Below are positions 1 to 8,596 of a DNA stretch of 64,000 bases, piece by piece (the stretch's first letter is position 1; every line of letters starts with the position of its first letter). The notes below the pieces were generated by a model. The model ran no database searches, had not been told where the DNA came from, and saw nothing but the letters and a program-made list of their open reading frames with translations. The DNA comes from Candidatus Komeilibacteria bacterium (lineage in GTDB: Bacteria; Patescibacteriota; Patescibacteriia; UBA1558; UBA10009): positions 3,348-67,347 of the forward strand of contig JAUYIT010000037.1 in the NCBI GenBank assembly GCA_030688315.1. Reading direction: 5' to 3'. The position numbers and the translations under genes are program-made.

Positions 1-1383
<1,383 letters not shown>

Positions 1384-1798
1384 GATACGGCAGTTTTTTG
1401 TTTTATCTTTCAAGAGATCGAAAGATGTAAGATGGACGACCGTAATTAGTCCACCTTGATCTAAAGTAGAGCAAGCTCTGCTTTTAGAACACCCGACTAA
1501 TAAAAGCCGGGGTTTGGAATTTTCGGGAATTAATTGTTTCCTATCACTTTTTCAGCTGTCAAAGTTCATTTCTTCATTCACCCGCCTGGGCGAACAAAAA
1601 ACAGCGGGTTTCAATGGCTGTTTGCTTGTCGAGCTGAGCTCGATCGGGGGATTATCAAGTTGTACACAAGATTTCCAATACCCGGCCTGAAGTCATTAAA
1701 CACCTCTGTTTTTTGAAAAAGCTTAAATTTTTAAGGTTTTTTGAAGCTTTTTTATGGTTAAATTAATTATTTAGCCACTTTATGAAGAACGTGACCCT

Positions 1799-1827
1799 AT
1801 TTTAGTTCATCTATGAGGGATTGTCAA
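1799..1827 (-). promoter_or_regulatory. sigma70-type promoter for the rRNA operon
   Basis: Minus strand TTGACA-17 nt-TAAAAT about 410 nt upstream of the 16S 5' end. Confidence 0.75.
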
Positions 1828-1950
1828 GCCCTTGCCCTAGCGGTCATTGCGAGGAGCGTAGCGACGAAGCAATCCCGATGTTTATACCAAGTACAGCGGG
1901 ATTGCCGCGCCCCTTTGGGGCTCGCAATGACGGTGAGAAGGCAAGGTCTT
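1827..1950. repeat. Nested palindromic repeat copy R1 (shell + GTCATTGCGAG arms + TGTTTATACCA core)
   Basis: aagcccttgcc...gtcattgcgag...gcaatcccg-atgtttataccaagtacag-cgggattgc...ctcgcaatgac...ggcaaggtctt; near-identical copies at 32.5, 44.0 and 55.5 kb. Confidence 0.92.
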
Positions 1951-1953
1951 GCC

Positions 1954-2895
1954 CTACTTTACTTTTTGGCCGTCGTAAATTTGACAAGCTTTATCCAGGT
2001 CGCAATCTTCAAAAGTAACCAAGGCAATGGCTTTACAGAAGTTAATAGCTTCAGACAATGGCTTTTGATGAATGTTGCGGCCGGTGGCATTGCCGACGGC
2101 GCCGCTAATGTTAATTTGTTTGCACAATCTGGCTAAAAATTCTTTGGGATCGGTGGTGCTGCCGCCGGCCGTAATTACGCCCGTGCGTCCAGCTGCTTTA
2201 ACCGCTTCTTTAAAGATCTCTTCCGATTCGGCGCCTGCCTGTTTGGGATAGTTAACTTTAACAAAATCCGAACCCAGCACGCAGGCCAGGCCACAGGCGC
2301 CGGCAATTAAGTGAGCGTCTTTTTCATCTTTAACTGCTTTGCCTCTGGGGTAAATCCAGAGCACGGTCAGTAAACCGTTTTGATGGGTCTCAAAAACAAT
2401 TTTGGCGGCTTCGGTAATCATCTGGTTTTCAAACTCACTGCCCAGGTAAATAGTGTAACCCACGGCCAAAACGTTGGCGCCATTCTTTTTTAAAGTCATC
2501 ACCTGATCAATGGACAGCCATTGACCGCTGATTGGATCCTGCTGATCGGTTTTAACCAAATGGGATTTGGAGTTAAGTTTGATGAGTAACGGTACTTTGG
2601 GGTAGCTGGGGGCGTAGCGGGCCGCGTAGCCGCCTTGCACGGCCAAACAGCTGACCGGCGATTTATCGGCAATTTTCCAAAGATGTTCCGGATCGGCGTC
2701 TTCCAAAGAGATTTCTTTGCCCCCATCAAAAAAGTCATCATTTAAATGTTCCACTTTTTGGTCGCCGGCAAACAGCATTACCCGGCCGGTGTTATGGGTA
2801 AAAGCCAGATAATTTTTGATGTATTCGGCGCGTTTGGTTTTAGGCACATCCAACGGAACCATAACGTCGGAAACGGTTAATTTTTTTAGTGTCAT
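1954..2895 (-). CDS. fbaB: Class I (DhnA-type) fructose-bisphosphate aldolase
   Basis: FAGDQKVEH, GYTIYLGSEFE, LWIYPRG, GSDFVKVNYP, ATGRNIHQ motifs; start moved to MTLKK because the upstream extension is a repeat. Confidence 0.9.
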   Translation of the reverse strand: MTLKKLTVSDVMVPLDVPKTKRAEYIKNYLAFTHNTGRVMLFAGDQKVEHLNDDFFDGGKEISLEDADPEHLWKIADKSPVSCLAVQGGYAARYAPSYPKVPLLIKLNSKSHLVKTDQQDPISGQWLSIDQVMTLKKNGANVLAVGYTIYLGSEFENQMITEAAKIVFETHQNGLLTVLWIYPRGKAVKDEKDAHLIAGACGLACVLGSDFVKVNYPKQAGAESEEIFKEAVKAAGRTGVITAGGSTTDPKEFLARLCKQINISGAVGNATGRNIHQKPLSEAINFCKAIALVTFEDCDLDKACQIYDGQKVK

Positions 2896-2904
2896 ATATT
2901 TATG

Positions 2905-2955
2905 GTCATTGCGAGTCCCGACTTTGCGTAGCAAACGTCGGGGCGAAGCAATCTC
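2905..2955. repeat. Half copy (R2) of the GTCATTGCGAG repeat with a cccgac/gtcggg hairpin
   Basis: gtcattgcgag-tcccgac..gtcgggg-cgaagcaatct. Confidence 0.8.
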
Positions 2956-2978
2956 GTTAATTTTAAGATTATGTTAGA

Positions 2979-3917
2979 TTAAATTTTGTGGTGAGTTTCA
3001 AGGAACCTAATGGTGCCGGTTTTAACGCGCATCACCACGGAATGGGTGATAATGTGGTTGGCGGTAACGCGGACGCCCTTCAACAACGGCCCGTCAATCA
3101 CGCCGGTGGCCGTAAAGGCCAGCTCTTCGCCTTTGGCCAAATCATCGGCTGTAAAAATTTTATTTAAATCCTTAAACCCTATTTGTTTAAGGCGTTCTTT
3201 TTGCGCTTCATCCTTGGGCCAAAATTTGGCCTGAAATTCACCGTCCATGCATTTAATGGCGGTTGATGCTAAAACTGCTTCGGCCGAAGCGCCAATGCCC
3301 ATTAATAAATCAATGCCGGATTCTCGTAAGGAAGGTGCAATAGCTCCGGCCACGTCGCCATCCGAAATCAACCTCACTCTGGCGCCGCAGGAACGGATTT
3401 CCTTAATCAACTCGTCATGTCTGGGACGATCCAAAACCATAACCACCAATTCGGAAACTTCCTTGTCCAGTTTTTTAGCCACTTTGGCCAGATTGGTTTT
3501 AACCGGCGCGTCCAAATCAATGGCGCCTTTGGCTTTGGGCCCGCAGGCGATTTTATTCATGTACATATCTGGCGCGTGGAACAAACTGCCGTGATTACCC
3601 GTGGCAATCACCGAGATGGCATTCGGCACGCCGTTAGCCACGCTGTCCGTGCATTCCAGGGGATCAACCGCAATATCGTATTGGTCGCCTTTTTTTGTGC
3701 CCAGTTCTTCGCCAATGTACAGTTCCGGCGCTTCATCTTTTTCGCCTTCCCCAATCACAATGGTGCCAAAAAAATCAATGTCGTTAAATTGGCTTCTCAT
3801 GGCGTCCACGGCCGCCTGATCGGCCGCTTTCCGGTCGCCGCGACCCATCCATTTAACGGAGGCCATGGCCGCCGCTTCGGTAACGCGCACAAATTCCAAA
3901 GCTAAGTTTCTATCCAT
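2979..3917 (-). CDS. glpX: Class II fructose-1,6-bisphosphatase
   Basis: LEFVRVTEAAA, IGEGEKDEAP, DIAVDPLE, LDRPRH, ISDGDVAG. Confidence 0.97.
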   Translation of the reverse strand: MDRNLALEFVRVTEAAAMASVKWMGRGDRKAADQAAVDAMRSQFNDIDFFGTIVIGEGEKDEAPELYIGEELGTKKGDQYDIAVDPLECTDSVANGVPNAISVIATGNHGSLFHAPDMYMNKIACGPKAKGAIDLDAPVKTNLAKVAKKLDKEVSELVVMVLDRPRHDELIKEIRSCGARVRLISDGDVAGAIAPSLRESGIDLLMGIGASAEAVLASTAIKCMDGEFQAKFWPKDEAQKERLKQIGFKDLNKIFTADDLAKGEELAFTATGVIDGPLLKGVRVTANHIITHSVVMRVKTGTIRFLETHHKI

Positions 3918-3977
3918 AAGGTTTGATGATTAAGATGATATCATTATATGTTTTTCAGGGTATTATTTCAAGTTAAT

Positions 3978-4017
3978 AAAAAAAGGCCGTCTGAATGTTT
4001 TACCATTTAGACAGCCT
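3978..4017 (-). terminator. Intrinsic terminator of the HD-domain gene
   Basis: Minus strand aggctgtctaaatg-gtaaaa-cattcagacggcct followed by a T-tract. Confidence 0.75.
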
Positions 4018-5418
4018 GACCCTCCAATAGGCATAATAGCCGATGAATGAGTTTACCAGATCGGCGATTTCCTTAATCTGATTAGGATGAAGGCAATCTC
4101 GCAAAGCAATGATTTTGCCGTCTTGCCAGATTGGCCAATCCAGACCCGAGTTAAAGCGGGTAATGCTTTCGGTATGGTCAAATTTGACTGATCGAGCACG
4201 GACAAATTGATTCAACTCCGTTTGAGCGGAGAACTTGATCCAAGCCCATTCATCATCAGAAACCAGCCAGGGCAGAACCACTTTTTGTTCCGGGTAGATG
4301 GCTTTAAGAGCGTGTTCCAGATCTTCATCGTTCCAAGTCAGCAATTCCTGCCAGGTAATTAAACCTTTTTCGTAAGCCGGTTTTACCAACTGGCTGTGAA
4401 AGAAGTCCAGTGTTCTGGAGGCCGGGTTGCGGAGCAGTTCAGCGTGTTCCAGCGTTCTGGCTAAGACGAATAGAAACAGGCGTTCCGGATTTGTAAAAGC
4501 CAGGCGTTGATGGTCGTCCGAGAAGACAATATCCTCCCAAACATCCATAAATAGTGGGCAGGCCAGGCCAAATTTTCTCATCTCCCCATTAAAGAGTCCG
4601 CCCAGTTCATGGCAATCAAGAGCGGTGTAAGAAAGTTTATCGCAGATATCCAGCAGTTGCCCGAATAAGCCGCGATTTTTTACCCAGTCGCTGGCCAACT
4701 TTAAATCAAAGCCGAACTTTTCTTGCCACCTATCCGCCAGTTGCCAGTGTTTAAGCGCCCAGGCAAAGTTCTCTTCCTCATCCAGCGCGTAGGGACTGAT
4801 TCGTTTGACCGAATCGCCGCCGGCCGGTAAGGCAATATCGTGCGCTAGCACGGTTAAAACGATCGGCGCCCGATCCGTTGCTGAAAAACCGTTGCGGCCC
4901 AGAATCACTTCGGCCATGGCCGCCGCGATTAAGCAATGGGTGATGCGCTGGTGATTGAACACCGGCAAAGGCATGGTCGAAACTCTGTCTTTGTAGTTAA
5001 GGAACGGCAGAGTCAGGAACTGCAGTTGCTTGATCATCCATAATCTCCAAAAACCCGCGCATTCAGCTTCTTCAAAGACCCCTTGTTGATCAGGCATGAT
5101 CACAAAGGAGGTCTTGCTGAACGGTAAGCAGTGCTGTTCCGGGCCCAGCATATCGCCCCAAGCGTCAACTACATTGATGGGCCTGTCAGTCGGCACAATC
5201 TGCACTTCGGGGTGCCTGGGATCGATAAAATCGGTAAACGGCACGGTTTTACCTGACCAGGCCTCCCAAGATTCTTGGCCGGTTTTTGCCCGGGCCATGC
5301 CTTCATCAATTAGGATCAGGCGTTGGGGCGGCAAGCCCCAGCCACGAGGAGGGATGTCGTAATACAATACGGACATCACTTCCTTATGGCGTTTCTTAAG
5401 GTATTCAGTAACGTCCAT
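4000..5418 (-). CDS. HD-domain phosphohydrolase (dNTP triphosphohydrolase-like), orphan unit
   Basis: RLWMIKQL, HQRITHCL, LAHDIA, DICDKLSY (H...HD...D); start MDVTEY with AAGGA SD; TTGACA at 5479-5484. Confidence 0.7.
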   Translation of the reverse strand: MDVTEYLKKRHKEVMSVLYYDIPPRGWGLPPQRLILIDEGMARAKTGQESWEAWSGKTVPFTDFIDPRHPEVQIVPTDRPINVVDAWGDMLGPEQHCLPFSKTSFVIMPDQQGVFEEAECAGFWRLWMIKQLQFLTLPFLNYKDRVSTMPLPVFNHQRITHCLIAAAMAEVILGRNGFSATDRAPIVLTVLAHDIALPAGGDSVKRISPYALDEEENFAWALKHWQLADRWQEKFGFDLKLASDWVKNRGLFGQLLDICDKLSYTALDCHELGGLFNGEMRKFGLACPLFMDVWEDIVFSDDHQRLAFTNPERLFLFVLARTLEHAELLRNPASRTLDFFHSQLVKPAYEKGLITWQELLTWNDEDLEHALKAIYPEQKVVLPWLVSDDEWAWIKFSAQTELNQFVRARSVKFDHTESITRFNSGLDWPIWQDGKIIALRDCLHPNQIKEIADLVNSFIGYYAYWRVRLSKW

Positions 5419-5536
5419 TGTATATTTCCTTGTTTGTGACGAGCTAATCACCAAAACCTTATTATAGCCTTGATTTTTTGTCAAACAAAAAATCCGCCGG
5501 CCTGGCGGTCTGTAAGGCATTATAGATTTATCCACC

Positions 5537-5610
5537 TTGACTTAATTTGCGAATGGTTTAAGATGTCGGTACAAAATAGGGTCAACAAGCTTTTTGCTTT
5601 TGGCCCTTTT
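5537..5610 (+). promoter_or_regulatory. Promoter and AGGGTCAA...TTGGCCCTTTT leader hairpin of the DUF3800 gene
   Basis: TTGACT-16-TAAGAT (5537-5564); stem 5578-5585/5600-5607 followed by Ts. Confidence 0.65.
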
Positions 5611-5628
5611 ATTATTCTATTTCAAAAT

Positions 5629-6186
5629 ATGTATATTTTTATTGATGAATCTGGTATCCATAAACCAGTCGGCCAATCAACGGTGGTTTTGGTTTATGTC
5701 GCAGTTAATGATGTCGATCGTTTAAGCGATGCCATTATTCAAGCCGAACAAGCATTGCGTATTGAACCATTCCATTGGAATAAACAGATTTGGCATGTGA
5801 GGGAGGCATTTTTAAGGGTGGTTTGCCGAGAAAAGTTTACTGTCAAAGCGGCAATTATCCAAAATCCTTTTAACGAAACGGCATTTGAGCAGGCGTTGCA
5901 TGATTTACTAACGGAGAAACGTATTAGAAATATAATTATTGATGGTCAAAAATCGGCTAAATACCTGGCCAGATTAAAAAATGTTTTAAGACATAGGGGC
6001 GCTACTGTGAAAAAGATTAGAATGGGCAATGATGTCGCTTGGCCAATTCTTCGTTTAGCTGATTTATATGCCGGTTTAATTAGATCTTACTGTGATCAAC
6101 TGGATAAGAAAGAAATAAGGATTTTATATAGTTTGGCTAAAAATAAAATAGCCACCCTGATTAAGGGTGGCCAGACTGCCGGCTAG
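5629..6186 (+). CDS. DUF3800-family protein (RNase H-like fold, putative nuclease)
   Basis: N-terminal YIFIDESG, central IIIDG, C-terminal LRLADLYAG. Confidence 0.8.
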   Translation: MYIFIDESGIHKPVGQSTVVLVYVAVNDVDRLSDAIIQAEQALRIEPFHWNKQIWHVREAFLRVVCREKFTVKAAIIQNPFNETAFEQALHDLLTEKRIRNIIIDGQKSAKYLARLKNVLRHRGATVKKIRMGNDVAWPILRLADLYAGLIRSYCDQLDKKEIRILYSLAKNKIATLIKGGQTAG

Positions 6187-6241
6187 ATCCGATTATTCGT
6201 CGGAACTTTCCCTACGGGGATTTGTTGCCGGTGCCTTGTTA
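6141..6241 (-). ncRNA. Candidate structured antisense sRNA convergent with DUF3800
   Basis: Minus promoter TTGACA(6271-6276)-16-TATTAT with extended TG; ccggc/gccgg closing stem around two hairpins; gccaccct/agggtggc terminator + T-tract. Confidence 0.65.
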
Positions 6242-6272
6242 TAAATTTATAATAGCAAAGGCAAGAAATCTG

Positions 6273-6698
6273 TCAAGGCCGGTATTTGGTTGAGTAACTT
6301 TCAAAAGCTAGAGTCAAATTTTCAATTAAGTTATATTTTTTAAAGTCCGTCGGATCAATCCAGAGATATTCCTCATGGTCTTCACTTAAAGTAACTTGAT
6401 TAGTCGTGCTTTGGCATTCAAAAAACATACCCACCACTTGCCATTGTTCATCATTAACGACTGGACGCCATTCGTTTGCAAAAAAGGGTTGGCCAATGGT
6501 GACCGTGAGACCGGTCTCCTCTTTAATTTCCCGTAATAGACTTTCGTCAAATCTTTGACCCGGCTTGATTCTGCCGCCCGGCACGTCAAACTTGCCGGCA
6601 TTGGTGCCGTCAGTGTATTTATTTGATTCCTTAATGATCAGAATTTTATCCTGATATTTTATAAAGGCCTTGGTGGCAACAAAAAGTTTTGGTTCCAT
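6273..6698 (-). CDS. NUDIX hydrolase (MutT-like)
   Basis: Nudix box GGRIKPGQRFDESLLREIKEETG, LSEDHEEYLW; start MEPKLF. Confidence 0.9.
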   Translation of the reverse strand: MEPKLFVATKAFIKYQDKILIIKESNKYTDGTNAGKFDVPGGRIKPGQRFDESLLREIKEETGLTVTIGQPFFANEWRPVVNDEQWQVVGMFFECQSTTNQVTLSEDHEEYLWIDPTDFKKYNLIENLTLAFESYSTKYRP

Positions 6699-6853
6699 AT
6701 TTTTCTTTTCGCAGAAGGGAGGGGCTCGGAGTTCCAAAGCCCGCCCCTCCCCATCTAGCACTTCCCACCCCGGCACGGCCTCGCCGGGGCGGTAATGGAG
6801 AGTTATCACTTAATTTTATTATTCCGAATGTATTAGATAGTTTAGAAATAAGT

Positions 6854-7498
6854 TTATGACCTTTTCTTGCCCTTCCGCCACTTGTCTATCTCGGCGTGAT
6901 TGCCGGATAATAGAATTTCCGGAACTTTCCAGCGATTAAAGACGGCGGGCTTGGTGTATTGGGGATGTTCCACCACATCGGATAACTCGCCGTTAAAGGT
7001 TTCGTATTGCAACGATTCCATTTTACCAAGCACGCCGGGGAGTAGACGAGAGACCGCTTCCACGATTATCGCGGCCGGCAGTTCGCCGCCGCTCAAAACG
7101 TAGGGGCCGATGCAAATTTTGCCGTCAATCAATTTGTCTATCCGCGCGTCCACGCCTTCATAGCGGCCGCAGATTAAAATGATTTGATCCAGTTTGGCAA
7201 AGCTAGCGGACATTTTTTGGTTAAACTGTTGGCCGGCCGGGTCCATTAAAAAGACCTTTGATTTTTTCTTGCGCTTAAGGGCTTTCAGGCATTTGTACAG
7301 CGGTTCAATTTTAAAAATCATGCCCGGCCCGCCGCCATAAGGCGAATCATCAACCTTGTGGTGCTTATCGGTGGTATAGGCCCGCAAATCGTGGGTTTTA
7401 ATGGTAATCAACTTGGCCTTTTGCGCGCGCTTTAAAATTGACTCGTTAAAGTAGGAATCAAGGATTTTAGGGAAAATGGTGATAATATCGTATTGCAT
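6854..7498 (-). CDS. trmD: tRNA (guanine-N1)-methyltransferase
   Basis: VDDSPYGGGPGM, CGRYEGVDAR, YVLSGGE, VPEILLSGNH. Confidence 0.98.
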   Translation of the reverse strand: MQYDIITIFPKILDSYFNESILKRAQKAKLITIKTHDLRAYTTDKHHKVDDSPYGGGPGMIFKIEPLYKCLKALKRKKKSKVFLMDPAGQQFNQKMSASFAKLDQIILICGRYEGVDARIDKLIDGKICIGPYVLSGGELPAAIIVEAVSRLLPGVLGKMESLQYETFNGELSDVVEHPQYTKPAVFNRWKVPEILLSGNHAEIDKWRKGKKRS

Positions 7499-7568
7499 AA
7501 TGACATAATCATAACATAAGAACCTCACCGGTAAAAGTGAGGTTCTTAGATTGTAGATAAAATTGAAA

Positions 7569-7922
7569 TTACAATTTCAAATCGTCAACAACGGAGGTGT
7601 CAACATCTTCCATTTGGGTATCGCGGGGAGCATCGTCTCTCCTCATTCTGGGACCGCGGGTAGAACCTTCCGGTTCAAAGATTTTTAAATTGACTCTGGC
7701 GTTGTTTTTGGCGCCGACCACTCTTAACAAAGTGCGGATGGCTCTGGCGGTTTGACCCTGCCGGCCAATGATTTGACCCATATCGGTCGGGTCAACTTTA
7801 AGAGTCAACAGGACTCCCATTTCGTCGACCGTTCTGTCAACGCTGACTTTATCTGGGTTGTCAACCAAATTTTTGACAACATACTCCAGAAATTCTTGGT
7901 CTTTCTCGGACATGTTTTTCAT
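7569..7922 (-). CDS. khpA: KH-domain RNA-binding protein (KhpA/YlqC)
   Basis: DMGQIIGRQGQTARAIR; conserved rpsP-khpA-trmD order. Confidence 0.92.
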   Translation of the reverse strand: MKNMSEKDQEFLEYVVKNLVDNPDKVSVDRTVDEMGVLLTLKVDPTDMGQIIGRQGQTARAIRTLLRVVGAKNNARVNLKIFEPEGSTRGPRMRRDDAPRDTQMEDVDTSVVDDLKL

Positions 7923-8066
7923 CTGTTAATGATTAATCCTTTAAGGCCGGATTTTCTTCACTGACTGGTGTGAGAAGGAAAGGCCGGCTGATTTAAAGAA
8001 CTTTTTGCAGTATAGCTTTTTTTAAAAGGGGTGTCAATCGGCCCGCCTAGACGCAAGGCTGGCGCA

Positions 8067-8489
8067 TTAAGCGGCGGTTTCAGTGGCCTCTTCCTTGGCC
8101 GGTTCAGCTGCTACTTCAGCGGGAGCTTCGGCTTTAACTTCTGGTTCGGCGGCCTTAGCTTTAGCAGTGTCTTCTTTGGCTTGGTCTTCGGCTTTGGTTT
8201 TGGCCATCTTGGCCTGCCTATCTTTGGAAACCTTAACCGGGTTTTTCTTTTTGCCTTCAATAATATTCAGCTTAACCAACAGGTTATGGATGCTGACCGT
8301 GGCCTGGGCACCCACCGAGAGCCAGTATTTAATCCGGTCTTCCTTAAGTTTGGCTTCCTTGGTGCGGGGGTTGTAATTGCCCAGCAGTTCAATGTATTTG
8401 CCCCAGGGATCTTTTTGCCTTTCGGTTAAAATCACCCTAAAGTAGGGCTGTTTCTTTTTGCCTGTTCTGGTGAATCTAATTGATAACAT
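8067..8489 (-). CDS. rpsP: 30S ribosomal protein S16 with Ala/Glu-rich tail
   Basis: MLSIRFTRTGKKKQPYFRV, ELLGNYNP, YWLSVGAQ. Confidence 0.98.
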   Translation of the reverse strand: MLSIRFTRTGKKKQPYFRVILTERQKDPWGKYIELLGNYNPRTKEAKLKEDRIKYWLSVGAQATVSIHNLLVKLNIIEGKKKNPVKVSKDRQAKMAKTKAEDQAKEDTAKAKAAEPEVKAEAPAEVAAEPAKEEATETAA

Positions 8490-8596
8490 CGTTGATTAAT
8501 TAAGAATAACATCCGCCTGATGGCGGTGAGCACTTTGCAGCATTGGGGGTATTATAATAAAAATGGGGAAAATGTCAAGCGTTTTATTTTAGCCGG

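Noticed and set aside
1813-2136. ORFs with VIARS...QS / RLPRPFG peptides (also 32315-32683 and 55444-55641)
   Set aside because: Translations of the palindromic repeat, not genes
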